From positions 96,001 through 160,000 of the forward strand of contig CAWAUM010000010.1 of the NCBI GenBank assembly GCA_963785235.1: a stretch of DNA of 64,000 nucleotides, in the 5' to 3' direction. A model generated the notes under the pieces. It did not search any database. It had not been told where the DNA came from and worked only from the letters and a program-made list of their open reading frames with translations. Positions 42,520-52,937 of the stretch are shown here, one piece after another. Each line of letters begins with the position of its first letter. The stretch's first letter is position 1. The stretch is from an uncultured delta proteobacterium. GTDB lineage: Bacteria; Desulfobacterota; Desulfomonilia; UBA1062. Made by a program: the position numbers and the translations under genes.

Positions 42520-43035
42520 ATGAGAACAGTATGCCTGTCCCTAGCTTTGGCAATACTCATGACAGCCCAGACTCAGATTGTCTATTCCAGACCCTTGATG
42601 AGGTCAGCCAGCACAGCAGAGCTGATCATCTACCTGCAGCCGAATCTTGACCCGGAAATTGCCGCTATCCATGCAAAGTACATTGATAAATTTGCAAGCA
42701 AATGGAAGGTGGACCGGCTGAAGGTGATCAGCATAACCCACCAGGAATCGAAGTTCAGGCCCGATGCGCAAAGTTCCGTAGGCTGCATAGGCGCAATGCA
42801 GGTGAATCCGAGGGCTCACCAGGACAAATTGAAAAGGAGGGGAATTACCTGGCGTGACCTGTATTTCTTAAGGAACAACTATGATATCGGCTCGGAAATA
42901 TTGCATGACTGCCTGAAGTCATCACGAACCTTTGATGAGGCCCTGAAAAAATATAGCGGTGGGAGCAGGAAATACACAAAAGAGGTGAAAAAGATCTATG
43001 GAATGCTCTATCGATGCGGGCTCATGACAAGCTGA
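42520..43035 (+). CDS. Lytic transglycosylase (SLT domain) protein, exported
   Basis: Signal peptide; HQESKF catalytic Glu, GCIGAMQV, ALKKYSG. Confidence 0.8.
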   Translation: MRTVCLSLALAILMTAQTQIVYSRPLMRSASTAELIIYLQPNLDPEIAAIHAKYIDKFASKWKVDRLKVISITHQESKFRPDAQSSVGCIGAMQVNPRAHQDKLKRRGITWRDLYFLRNNYDIGSEILHDCLKSSRTFDEALKKYSGGSRKYTKEVKKIYGMLYRCGLMTS

Positions 43036-43200
43036 TGTCCCGGACAAAAAGGGGGGTCGTTTGAAATTTGTTCCTGCACCTGAACCATGTATATCTTTCA
43101 CCTCTATCATGCTGGGCATCCAGTCCGAATCGTTTGCAGGATTTTCTATGTAGCTGAACACTTTCCTTACAGGCGCTTTGATTTATTGAAATTAGTGCAG

Positions 43201-43218
43201 ACTTGACTCTAGTCAAGT
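43201..43218. promoter_or_regulatory. Crp/Fnr-family (HcpR/Dnr-like) binding site upstream of hcp
   Basis: acTTGACtctaGTCAAgt palindrome (TTGA-N6-TCAA) about 55 nt before the start codon. Confidence 0.6.
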
Positions 43219-43271
43219 ACAAACTACTTATATCACTGTTATCTGCAAGGTCATCATAAAAACCAAGGAGG

Positions 43272-44915
43272 ATGAACTCAATGTTCTGTTTTCAGTGCCA
43301 GGAAACGGCTAAAAATCAGGGATGCACCGTAAGGGGTGTATGTGGAAAAACCGAAGAAACTGCGAATCTCATGGACCTGCTTATCCATGTGCTCAAGGGG
43401 ATTTCGCTGTATGGTGAAAAGGCTGCAGCCAAAGGGTCGTTGGATCTTACCACCGGCAGGTTCCTCCTGGATGCCCTCTTTATTACGCTCACCAATACCA
43501 ACTTCGATCCCGCACGGATATCAGCCCTTATCCGTGAAGCGCTTAAAATCAGGGATGATCTGAAGGCCAAGGCCGGGGATGCCGCCAAGGACATCAAGCA
43601 TGACAGCGCACTGTGGCATGGCCGAAGTGACAGCGAGTTCCAGGCCAAGGCCAAGGACGTGGGTGTGCTCTCGACAACGAATGAGGATGTCAGGTCTCTG
43701 CGCGAACTGCTGATCTACGGGCTAAAAGGCATTGCAGCCTATGCCCACCATGCCCTGGTGCTGGGCTTCGAGGATGAGGACATCTACCTGTTCATCGTAG
43801 AGGCGCTGGCTGCCACGACCAAGGACAAGAGCGCCGACGAACTCGTCGGCCTGGTCATGAAGGCCGGAGAGATCGCGGTCAAGACCATGGCCCTTCTGGA
43901 CAAGGCCAATACAAGCGTCTATGGTTCACCCGAGATCACCAAGGTTAATCTAGGCGTCAAGGGTAATCCGGGCATTCTTATCTCCGGGCACGACCTGAAA
44001 GACCTAGAAGAGCTCATGGAACAGACCAAGGGTTCCGGTGTGGATGTGTATACGCACGGAGAGATGCTGCCGGCCCATTCCTATCCGTTCTTCAAGAAGT
44101 ATGACAACCTTGTTGGCAACTACGGCGGCTCTTGGTGGCACCAGCGTGAGGAGTTCGAGGCATTTGGCGGCCCCATCCTCATGACCACAAACTGCATCGT
44201 ATCGGTCAAGGAAACCTACCAGGACCGAATCTTCACCACCGGCACAGCAGGTTTCCCCGGCGTGAAGCACATAGCTGACCGCACAAACTCCAAGGCCAAG
44301 GACTTTTCAGAAATCATCAAACTCGCCAAGACAAGCCCGGCACCCAAGCAGATCGAGACCGGAGAGATAGTTGGCGGATTTGCCCATAATCAGGTATTGG
44401 CACTGGCAGACAAGGTAGTGGATGCAGTCAAGTCCGGCGCCATCAAACGTTTTGTTGTCATGGCAGGCTGTGACGGGCGTCACAAGGAACGGGATTATTT
44501 CACCAAGGTGGCTGAAAACCTGCCCAAGGATGCGGTGATCCTTACCGCCGGCTGCGCCAAATACCGCTACAACAAACTTGCATTGGGCGATATCGGAGGC
44601 ATCCCCAGGGTTCTCGATGCAGGCCAGTGCAACGACTCCTACTCCCTGGCAGTCATAGCGCTGAAGCTCAAAGAGGTTTTCGGCCTGGACGATATCAACA
44701 AGCTCCCCATATCCTTCGACATTGCATGGTACGAACAGAAGGCCGTAGCCGTTCTCCTTGCATTGCTCTCGCTCGGGGTAAAGGGTATCCGGCTTGGACC
44801 TACGCTCCCCGGATTCCTTTCGCCTAACGTAGTGAAGGTGCTGGTGGAGAAATTCAATATCAAACCCACTGCTGCACCCGAGCAGGACGTAGCGGCCATG
44901 ATGTCAGCCAATTAA
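43272..44915 (+). CDS. hcp: Hybrid cluster protein (hydroxylamine reductase)
   Basis: MFCFQCQET...[41 protein letters not shown]. Confidence 0.97.
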   Translation: MNSMFCFQCQETAKNQGCTVRGVCGKTEETANLMDLLIHVLKGISLYGEKAAAKGSLDLTTGRFLLDALFITLTNTNFDPARISALIREALKIRDDLKAKAGDAAKDIKHDSALWHGRSDSEFQAKAKDVGVLSTTNEDVRSLRELLIYGLKGIAAYAHHALVLGFEDEDIYLFIVEALAATTKDKSADELVGLVMKAGEIAVKTMALLDKANTSVYGSPEITKVNLGVKGNPGILISGHDLKDLEELMEQTKGSGVDVYTHGEMLPAHSYPFFKKYDNLVGNYGGSWWHQREEFEAFGGPILMTTNCIVSVKETYQDRIFTTGTAGFPGVKHIADRTNSKAKDFSEIIKLAKTSPAPKQIETGEIVGGFAHNQVLALADKVVDAVKSGAIKRFVVMAGCDGRHKERDYFTKVAENLPKDAVILTAGCAKYRYNKLALGDIGGIPRVLDAGQCNDSYSLAVIALKLKEVFGLDDINKLPISFDIAWYEQKAVAVLLALLSLGVKGIRLGPTLPGFLSPNVVKVLVEKFNIKPTAAPEQDVAAMMSAN

Positions 44916-44924
44916 GATTATTTA

Positions 44925-44951
44925 AGGGCGGGCCCTGCCTGGGTCCGCCCT
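44925..44951 (+). terminator. Hairpin after hcp
   Basis: agggcgggccc-tgcct-gggtccgccct. Confidence 0.55.
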
Positions 44952-45034
44952 CCCCCGTCAATCAAGTGATACTTGACTTTGACTTTTTTGTCCTTATTAA
45001 CTAAGTCCGAATGATAACCGTAGGGAGGAGTATT

Positions 45035-45562
45035 ATGAAACAATCGATTATTCTTGGCGTAGTTATCCTTTTCTCTTTTACCCTGCAGGCACCTGTCCAT
45101 GCCGCTGCGAACAACTTCTATGCAGGTATTCAGCTGGGGCAGGAGTTCCTGACGGACAATGACGACAACAACCTGGATGATGCCTTTGCATTCGGTGTGT
45201 ATGGGGGCTACCGTTTTGACAGGCAGTTGGCCCTTGAGGCCAACCTCACCACGGCGAGCCATGACGGTGGCCACAATTCCGAGCTCAATGTCACCTCACT
45301 GCTCTTCGGGCCGCGCCTGACCGGGCAGATCAACCCGAATATGAATGTATATGGAGGTGTGGGGCTAGGGATCTATTTCCTTGATTACGAGTGGGGCCCC
45401 TATGATGACTCGGAAACCGAATCGGGAATGTATCTTGGAGGAGGCATGGAGTTCCCCTTGCAGAATAACATCAAGCTCGGCATTGATTTCAAGTACCACC
45501 TCATATTCAATGACGATATTGACACAGACCTCATGACATTGCTCTTTCGTGTGGGCTTCTGA
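45035..45562 (+). CDS. Outer membrane beta-barrel protein (OmpA-like transmembrane domain)
   Basis: Signal peptide, alternating aromatic beta-strands (GVYGGYRF, VYGGVGLG), C-terminal Phe. Confidence 0.85.
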   Translation: MKQSIILGVVILFSFTLQAPVHAAANNFYAGIQLGQEFLTDNDDNNLDDAFAFGVYGGYRFDRQLALEANLTTASHDGGHNSELNVTSLLFGPRLTGQINPNMNVYGGVGLGIYFLDYEWGPYDDSETESGMYLGGGMEFPLQNNIKLGIDFKYHLIFNDDIDTDLMTLLFRVGF

Positions 45563-45615
45563 TCGGTTCTATCATTCGGATAGACAAGATAACTCGACTT
45601 GATGATAACATGATT

Positions 45616-45654
45616 ACATGAGGGGGGCAAACCTGCAGGTTACCCCCCTCATGT
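45616..45654. terminator. Bidirectional terminator-like hairpin between convergent genes
   Basis: acatgagggggg ... cccccctcatgt, 12-bp stem. Confidence 0.65.
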
Positions 45655-45656
45655 GA

Positions 45657-46022
45657 CTATTTTTTTTCAACTGCCTTCCTGCTTATGGATATCATGAAAA
45701 ACGGCAAGTGCTCATTGATTATGTCCGAGTTGCCGGTCTCTTCACACCAGGAATAGGCATCCTCAATGGTAATAGACCTGATATATGATCCGCCGAACCA
45801 TGCCTCCACACCCGGCAGTTCATGGAACCCTGAGTTCAGGCCGCCCTCGTAGATAATGAAGTATTCCCCATTTTCATTAATGAAAAGTGTCTCTGAGTCG
45901 TTCCTCATGCTGCCCATATAATCTGCACTGTTCCACTGGGCCAGCTTGGTGGCTTTGTCCGGGTTCAGCTCCTTTTCGATAAGTCTCTGCTCGGCCTTTT
46001 CATAAAGGATATCTTTGATCAT
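45657..46022 (-). CDS. Hypothetical protein (121 aa)
   Basis: ORF starting 2 nt after the stop of the P-II-like gene, so probably the last gene of the RND operon. Confidence 0.6.
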   Translation of the reverse strand: MIKDILYEKAEQRLIEKELNPDKATKLAQWNSADYMGSMRNDSETLFINENGEYFIIYEGGLNSGFHELPGVEAWFGGSYIRSITIEDAYSWCEETGNSDIINEHLPFFMISISRKAVEKK

Positions 46023-46024
46023 GC

Positions 46025-46315
46025 TTATATGATCTCCTCCATGGGCATAATGAATGCCTTCACGCCCGCACGGGGGTGATCCAGCTTGAGTTCCCTGATG
46101 AGCTCTACAATGGCGGGCAGTTCATCTTCTTCCAGGGCCAGGAAGAGCACACAGTTCTCGCCGGGCCAGATGTGGGTATGGAGCTTGGGCTCGGTCTCTA
46201 CACCCTCGCCGCTGGCATTCTCCATCTTGGTATAGCCCTTGACACCTGCCTGTTTGATCGCAGCAATCACATCATAATCCGCTGCCTGAGAGTACACGAT
46301 AAATACCATTTTCAT
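46025..46315 (-). CDS. P-II-like transporter-associated protein (PG0541 family)
   Basis: MKMVFIVY...GYTK...GEG...PKLHTHIWPGEN...KAFIMPME, directly after the RND gene. Confidence 0.75.
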   Translation of the reverse strand: MKMVFIVYSQAADYDVIAAIKQAGVKGYTKMENASGEGVETEPKLHTHIWPGENCVLFLALEEDELPAIVELIRELKLDHPRAGVKAFIMPMEEII

Positions 46316-46359
46316 AGTGTTTCTCCCCTTTCATAACCCTCTTAAAGTCCTTCTGTGGG

Positions 46360-49300
46360 TTATGCTGCTTCCTTCCAGATCTTGCGTTTCAGCCTCTGCT
46401 TCCAGTCATCAAACAGGTCATAGGCCGCAGGCACCACGGCCAATGTCAGGAACAAAGAGGTCAGGAGACCTCCGATCACGATTACCCCCATGGGGGATCT
46501 GATATCCGAGCCCTCGCCGATACCCAGCGCAACCGGCAGCATGCCGAAGATCATGGCAAAGGTTGTCATGAGGATGGGGCGGAGCCTTACCGGTCCTGCC
46601 TGGAGGATGGCCTCGCGCCGAGACAGGCCTCTCTCTCGAAGGGTGTTCGTGTAGTCCACCAGCAGAATGGAATTTTTCTTGACCATGCCCATGAGCAGGA
46701 TGAGACCGATAAAGCTTACAATGCTGATAGTCTTCCCGGTAATGAGCAGTGCGCCGAAAGCCCCTATGAACGACAGCGGCATGGCCAGCAGAACCGTGAT
46801 GGGATGCAGGAAGCTCTCAAACTGAGATGCCAGGACCATGTAGGCCAGAATGATGCCCAGTATGAGGGCGATCACGAGGTATTTGAAGGATTCCGCCATG
46901 GTCTCGGCCTGACCGACATAGGCAGTATTGTAACCAGGAGGCAGGATCTTGGCCGAGATGGTGTCCAGAGTCCCCATGGCCTCGGCCAGGGGCTTGTTCT
47001 CCAGGTTTGCAAATACCCAGATGGAACGCTGACGGTTATAGCGGCTGATACTGGTTGGCCCTCCCCCTTCAACGATGCGCACGATTGTGGAGAGCTCCAC
47101 CATCTTGCCATCCTTTGCACGCACATAAATCCGGCCGAGGTCTTCAGGGTTTTTCCGGTCCCCGGGATTCAACCGCATCCTTACGTCATAGCGGCGCGAT
47201 CTGGTCTCGTCCTTGAATTTGGTAATCTCCACTTCTCCGCTTATGAGAAGGTTCACTGCCTCGGCTATTGTGGTTACGCTCACGCCCATATCTGCCGCCT
47301 TGTCGCGATCGATGTACACCTTCAATTCGGGCTTGCCCGATTCAAAGGATGTGTCCACGTCCACAATACCCGGTATCTTGGCAAGCTCTTTCATGACCTG
47401 TTTCGTATACTTCTGCAGATTTTCAAAGTCCCCGCTGCTGATGGTATACTGGATGGGCACTTCCCTGAGCCCGCCGCCCAACATGGAGACCATCTCGGTA
47501 GTCGCCTTCAGACCGGGGATGACAACCAGGCTCTTACGCAGCTCGGCCATAATCGCATGCTGTTTCTTGTCCCTTTGGTTCCTGGGCACCAGCCGGGTAA
47601 AGACTATGGCCTTGTTGACCTGGCCTGATCCGCCCTGTCCAAGCCCTTGCGCAAAAAAGGCCCCTATTACTTCAGGTCTTTCACGGACGATTTTATCAGC
47701 CTGCATGAACATGGCATTGGCCTGGCTGAAGGAATAATCAATGGGTGCTTCCAGCCTTACGATAAACTGTGCCTGGTCCTCGGGCGGCACGAATTCCTTG
47801 CCGATGAACTTGACCATGTACATGCTGAAGATGAACAGGATCAGTGTCCCGATAAGCACCAGCCCCCTATGATCGATGGAATAGGCCAGTATAGGCCGAT
47901 AAGCCGACTCTATCTTTTTATACCACCGCTCAAGGGCATCACCTATCCGTTTCAGAATCCCGTTCGTGTTTTTCTCATGCTCATGTTTCGGCTTGAGGAA
48001 GATGGAGGCGAGCATGGGTGTCAGGGTGAGTGATACCAGCAGGGACACCCCTACGGCGAAAACGACTGTCAGGGCGAACTGCATGAAGAACCTGCCGATG
48101 ATGCCTTTCATGAAGGCCACGGGCAGAAAGATGACTGCAATGGCAAGTGTCGTAGCCATAACGGCCAGGCCGATCTCCGCTGTGGCGAACGATGCGGCCT
48201 CCCGTGGCGCCATGCCATCTTCGATGTGGCGATAGATATTCTCGATGACTATGATGGCGTCATCGATGAGTATGCCGACGGACAGGGTGAGTGCCAGCAT
48301 GGTCAGGTTGTTGAAGGTGAAATTGAAGGCCCTGATCAGGGCGAAGGTTGCTATGATGGATACGGGTAATGCCACGGCACTGATGAGGGTGGTGCGTATA
48401 TTTCGCAAGAATATGAAGACCGCTATAACGGCAAGAATGGAGCCCATGATGAGGTGATGCTGCACCTGCCTCATGGAATCCTGGATGAATACGGACTGAT
48501 CGAATGCCGTATTGATCTTCATGCCCGGCGGCAGGGTCTTGTTGATGCGGTCAAGTTCCTTCTTTACCCGGTTGATGACCTCCACCGTATTGGTACCGGT
48601 CTGTTTGCGGATACCGATGCCCACCGAAGGCAGTCCATTGAACTGGGTGTAGGTGCGAAGCTCTTCAACCCCGTCTTCCGCGCGGCCGATGTCTCTGATC
48701 CTCACCGGGTTACCCTGAAAAGAAGTTACCACAAGGTCATTAAACTCTGAGGCGCTTTTGAGATTGCCCTTCACCTTGACTGAATATTCTTTTGTCTCAC
48801 TCTCAATCCGGCCGCCCGGTAACTCGATGTTCTCCATACCAAGGACTGCAGCAACCTCACCCGGGCCGATACTGTAGGCCCTGAGCTTGGCCAGGTCGAG
48901 CCAGATGCGTATCTGCCTTTTCTGCATGCCGCCAAGGGAGAGCGAACCTACACCATCGATGCGCTGGAGCTGCTCCTTGAGGATTTCATCCACATAGGTG
49001 GAAAGCTCCGGAATGGACTTTTCACCGGTGAGATTCAGCCACATGACGGGCACGGAATCCGGGTTCACCTTCTGGATCACCGGTTCGTCGATGTCTTTGG
49101 GCAGGTTTCTGCGTACCGCGGCGATCTGTTCCCTTACATCCTGGATTGCCAGGTCTATGTCACGCTCCAGCTTGAACTCCACAATGATGTTGGAGAACCC
49201 TTCCGAGCTTGTGGAGGTGATGGTCTTGACTCCATTGATGGTGTTGACCGCCTCTTCGATGCGGTCGGTTACGTCTATGTCAACGACCTCAGGGCTGGCG

Positions 49301-49458
49301 CCCTTCAGGACCGTGGAGACGCTCACAATGGGGAAGTCCACCTTGGGAAACAGATCGACGCCGATTTCCGGATAGCTAACTATACCAAAGACAACCAGTG
49401 CCATGATTACCATGGTCGCAAAGACAGGCCGCTTGATGGAGGTATCAGAAATCCACAT
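46360..49458 (-). CDS. RND efflux transporter permease subunit (AcrB/MdtC family)
   Basis: IKRPVFA, GILIDDAIIVIENI, KNSILLVD, RLRPILMTT. Confidence 0.95.
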   Translation of the reverse strand: MWISDTSIKRPVFATMVIMALVVFGIVSYPEIGVDLFPKVDFPIVSVSTVLKGASPEVVDIDVTDRIEEAVNTINGVKTITSTSSEGFSNIIVEFKLERDIDLAIQDVREQIAAVRRNLPKDIDEPVIQKVNPDSVPVMWLNLTGEKSIPELSTYVDEILKEQLQRIDGVGSLSLGGMQKRQIRIWLDLAKLRAYSIGPGEVAAVLGMENIELPGGRIESETKEYSVKVKGNLKSASEFNDLVVTSFQGNPVRIRDIGRAEDGVEELRTYTQFNGLPSVGIGIRKQTGTNTVEVINRVKKELDRINKTLPPGMKINTAFDQSVFIQDSMRQVQHHLIMGSILAVIAVFIFLRNIRTTLISAVALPVSIIATFALIRAFNFTFNNLTMLALTLSVGILIDDAIIVIENIYRHIEDGMAPREAASFATAEIGLAVMATTLAIAVIFLPVAFMKGIIGRFFMQFALTVVFAVGVSLLVSLTLTPMLASIFLKPKHEHEKNTNGILKRIGDALERWYKKIESAYRPILAYSIDHRGLVLIGTLILFIFSMYMVKFIGKEFVPPEDQAQFIVRLEAPIDYSFSQANAMFMQADKIVRERPEVIGAFFAQGLGQGGSGQVNKAIVFTRLVPRNQRDKKQHAIMAELRKSLVVIPGLKATTEMVSMLGGGLREVPIQYTISSGDFENLQKYTKQVMKELAKIPGIVDVDTSFESGKPELKVYIDRDKAADMGVSVTTIAEAVNLLISGEVEITKFKDETRSRRYDVRMRLNPGDRKNPEDLGRIYVRAKDGKMVELSTIVRIVEGGGPTSISRYNRQRSIWVFANLENKPLAEAMGTLDTISAKILPPGYNTAYVGQAETMAESFKYLVIALILGIILAYMVLASQFESFLHPITVLLAMPLSFIGAFGALLITGKTISIVSFIGLILLMGMVKKNSILLVDYTNTLRERGLSRREAILQAGPVRLRPILMTTFAMIFGMLPVALGIGEGSDIRSPMGVIVIGGLLTSLFLTLAVVPAAYDLFDDWKQRLKRKIWKEAA

Positions 49459-49506
49459 GCCTCTTCATCCTTTCAGTACATAAAAAATCATTCACTTTTA
49501 AATCCG

Positions 49507-50634
49507 TTATTTCACCACACGTACATTGACCCCGTCGGTCAGGGTGTTCTGCCCGATTACAACCAGCTGCTCGCCTGCCTGTAGGCCTTCCACTATTTCC
49601 ATCATCTCGCCGTACTTCTTGCCGAGTTTCAGATACCGCTCGCGGGCCTTGTTATCTTCACTCAGGAAGACCCTGGTCTTGGTGCCCTCATACAGAAGCG
49701 ATGTGATGGGGATGAGAAGCGCCTCTTTGGGCGCCCCTGTATATACCGTTACCCTGGCAAAAAGGCCGGGTTTGAGCTCCTGGGACTTGTTGGGTATGAG
49801 GGCCTCGACCTTGAGCATGCGGCTGTGTTCATCGACGTTCGGATAGATGATATCCACCTTTCCCTTGAACTCCCTGCCCGGAAAGGCATCAACAAAAAAC
49901 ACTACATCCTGGCCCGCCTTCAGCGAACCAATGTCCTTATCCGTCACACTGAAGGTGCAGAACAGCGGGTCGATCTGGATGAGGCTCATGATGGGGCTGC
50001 CGGTCTTGGCAAACATGCCCGTGGTAACGCCCTTCAACTTGACCCAGCCGTTCAGCGGTGAACGGATGGTGACCCTGCTGAGCCGTTCCTTGGCTAGCCC
50101 AAGACCTGCCCTGGCACGCTGGGCATCCTGGGTGGCCAGATCAAGACGCGTAGAGGCGTTGTCGAATTCCTGCTTTGACACCCCTGATTGTTTAAATAGG
50201 GCATCCATGCGGTCGAACATGACCTTTGCATTGCTTAAGTTTGCCTGAGCCTGCCCCAGTGCCGCCTCGGCTGTCAGTACGGCGAGACGGTAATCGATGT
50301 CATTGATCTTTGCGAGCATCATCCCCTTTGTTACGGGGAAACCCTCCTCTACGGGAATCTCCTGGAGAATCCCGTCCACCTCGGGGCTTATAATAGCCTC
50401 ATCCCAGGGTTGAAGGTTGCCTATGGCTTCGATATATGGCCGTACAGTCTTCTTCTGTGTGGTGATCACCTTGATGTTGATAATCTTCTCAGCCTTGGCC
50501 TCTTCTTTTTTCTTCGTGCATCCTGAGCCCAGCAAGGTGGTGCAACAAAAAATAATAACGATCAGGAGCAGGCCTAACCATGACCCCTTAGGGCTCTGTA
50601 CAGGAGTTGCCCCCTCTGATGCTTTTCTTGCCAT
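49507..50634 (-). CDS. RND efflux periplasmic adaptor (membrane fusion protein)
   Basis: Lipoyl and hairpin motifs (VEEGFPVTKG, IRSPLNG), LKPGLFA, GLQAGEQLV. Confidence 0.9.
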   Translation of the reverse strand: MARKASEGATPVQSPKGSWLGLLLIVIIFCCTTLLGSGCTKKKEEAKAEKIINIKVITTQKKTVRPYIEAIGNLQPWDEAIISPEVDGILQEIPVEEGFPVTKGMMLAKINDIDYRLAVLTAEAALGQAQANLSNAKVMFDRMDALFKQSGVSKQEFDNASTRLDLATQDAQRARAGLGLAKERLSRVTIRSPLNGWVKLKGVTTGMFAKTGSPIMSLIQIDPLFCTFSVTDKDIGSLKAGQDVVFFVDAFPGREFKGKVDIIYPNVDEHSRMLKVEALIPNKSQELKPGLFARVTVYTGAPKEALLIPITSLLYEGTKTRVFLSEDNKARERYLKLGKKYGEMMEIVEGLQAGEQLVVIGQNTLTDGVNVRVVK

Positions 50635-50687
50635 ATTCACTCAACTCCCCCTTTCGCAATACCCATGCCTGATTACGTGATAATTAA

Positions 50688-51281
50688 TTACTGTTTCACC
50701 CTCAACCCTGCAAAAAAGATCCTCACCATGCTCTTGATCCCATCCAGAATACGTTCGCGCTGGTCGTAAAAGGCAAAGGTCTGGTCGCATCCGAACATTG
50801 AGGCAACCATAATGAGGGAAACAAGCTCTATGTCATCAAGAGGCTTGATCTCACCCTTTTCTATGCCCTCCCTGAGGATCCTCTCGATAAGCTCCTTTTG
50901 GGACTGCAGGTAGCTCTCTCTTTCCGTTTCAAAAACACCTGCCAGGGACCTGAACTCATTTATTATTTCTTTGTTGGCCCGCAATGCCCTGCTTGAAATA
51001 AACCGGTACCTGGCCTCTGAAAGCGCAAACATCTTTTCTTCAGCCGTATCAACAGCATCTATTGCATGCCTTAGGATATCAAGGAGCTGTTCACGATCAT
51101 TTCTAATGATCTCCCGGATAATTTCATTCTTATCCTTGAAGTAGTAATACAGGGATGATTTTGCCATGCCTGCCCTGCGGGCAATGTCGTCAAGGTTTGT
51201 CTTGTGTGGGCCGAGTTCAAGCAGCACATCGGATGCCGCCTGCAACAGAGTTTTCCTCTTTTCATCCTTGGAAAGGCTCAT
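50688..51281 (-). CDS. TetR/AcrR family transcriptional regulator
   Basis: TNLDDIARRAGMAKSSLYYYFKDK. Confidence 0.9.
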   Translation of the reverse strand: MSLSKDEKRKTLLQAASDVLLELGPHKTNLDDIARRAGMAKSSLYYYFKDKNEIIREIIRNDREQLLDILRHAIDAVDTAEEKMFALSEARYRFISSRALRANKEIINEFRSLAGVFETERESYLQSQKELIERILREGIEKGEIKPLDDIELVSLIMVASMFGCDQTFAFYDQRERILDGIKSMVRIFFAGLRVKQ

Positions 51282-51848
51282 GGGATCCTTCAAACTTTGG
51301 AACAATATATTTGAATATTCTATGCATATCTACTTTTTGCAAGTCAAATGAAATGTTGATCAACAGACCAATCATACTTTTCAATTGAATGGATGCGATA
51401 AGATATAATTTTTCCCGACAGACATTTGAAAGAATAACACTACATCTCATGCTAAAGTTGTCATGGACCTAATCTATATGCTCAATCCATTGGTTAACCA
51501 GCACTTTTCGTACACATGATTACAATTATTACCAGTTCCCTGACTAGTAAACCTCATAACATACTGATAATACATTGTCATATTTACTGGCATAGAGGTT
51601 GTAAGTTGTTTGGCTATGGTCAAACTGCTCAAAATTCTTCTGGCAAAATGTGATCCGCTTCATGATACGGCTTGCAGCATAATCAATACTTCCAGACTAA
51701 ATTCAGCACAATATCTCCTCCCTGGACCATATCCACCCTGAATTAAATTTTAACCGGGATTGAGGTATTCCGGACTCATAAGACATGGATTAAAGGGTTC
51801 CTATCATTAATAAAGCAAAAGCATTGATCCGCGAAGGAGTTAGAATTC

Positions 51849-52688
51849 ATGAAGAAATTATTGTCATGCTTTATGCCTATCATCCTGATGTGCTTATTTA
51901 TGAGCAGTTTGGCATTCGCAGACAAAAACCTTGTAATTGCAGTCAATGCAAACTGGCCGCCCATGCAGATGAAAGACAGCAAAGGGAATATCAACGGCTA
52001 TGAGGTTGACCTGTTGAAGGCCATTGCTGAAGAAGCCGGCTTTAATGTCAAGATGGTGATTGTTCCCTGGAGAAACATTTTCAATGGTCTTAAGGCAGGA
52101 AAGTACGATGCGGTCATGGCATCCGTGAGCATGACTGATGCCAGAAAAGAGAACTTCGACTTCTCCAAACCCTATTTTACTGCCGAACAAATCCTCCTGG
52201 TTCCGAAAGCGAAGGCTAATGCGCAGCTTGCAGGCAAAACTATGGCGGTATTCAAACTGACCACAGGTGCAGAAGCAGTCAGGAGTACCCAGGGCTGTAA
52301 CATCACATATTATACGGTTGAAGAAACAGATCAGGCATTCAAGGACTTGTCCAGAGGATTTGTCGACGGTGTTCTCTGCGACTCGCCGGTTGCCTACAAC
52401 TATGCTGCCAAGTACAACGGTAAACTTGTCCTGAAAGGCGATGCATGTGCCCTTGCTAAAAAATCAACCAATGAGGAGTATGGAATTGCTGTCAGAAAGG
52501 GGGATTCTCAAACTCTCGGCCTTATCAATAAAGGTCTTAAGGCATTGAAAGACAACGGCATTGAGGCAAAGATCAAGGACAAGTGGTTTAAGAATATCCT
52601 TCTTGCTTCGGGTGCAAAGAAACAAGACTCCATACTGGTATCCGAGATTATGGCAGGCGCCCAGAACTCTCCTGCCTCGGATAAATAA
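51849..52688 (+). CDS. Polar amino acid ABC transporter substrate-binding protein (family 3), orphan
   Basis: NWPPM, GYEVDL, GKYDAV, TDARKENFDFSKPY, EYGIAVRKG. Confidence 0.85.
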   Translation: MKKLLSCFMPIILMCLFMSSLAFADKNLVIAVNANWPPMQMKDSKGNINGYEVDLLKAIAEEAGFNVKMVIVPWRNIFNGLKAGKYDAVMASVSMTDARKENFDFSKPYFTAEQILLVPKAKANAQLAGKTMAVFKLTTGAEAVRSTQGCNITYYTVEETDQAFKDLSRGFVDGVLCDSPVAYNYAAKYNGKLVLKGDACALAKKSTNEEYGIAVRKGDSQTLGLINKGLKALKDNGIEAKIKDKWFKNILLASGAKKQDSILVSEIMAGAQNSPASDK

Positions 52689-52937
52689 TTTGCTCATGTA
52701 TTGACACTGAAATTAATCATAAAGAGTATCTCGAGGTGTCCTCTCATATATCTAAGTCCTCAGTATGACGCATTTACTACTCTTTGAAGCGAAAAAGGAT
52801 TTGTGCTTACATCCCCATATATCTCCCAGTCTCGACAAGGCAGTATTGTTTTTGCATAAAATCTCTGTTGCCACCGGGTTCAAAGCACGTTAACTTTACC
52901 GGCAACTGCAACTAAACAGATCAGGAGGTTTACAAGA

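Noticed and set aside
26391-43070. Classical integron cassette array or prophage
   Set aside because: No intI, no recognisable attC (RYYYAAC...GTTRRRY) pattern, mixed gene orientations, and no phage structural genes.
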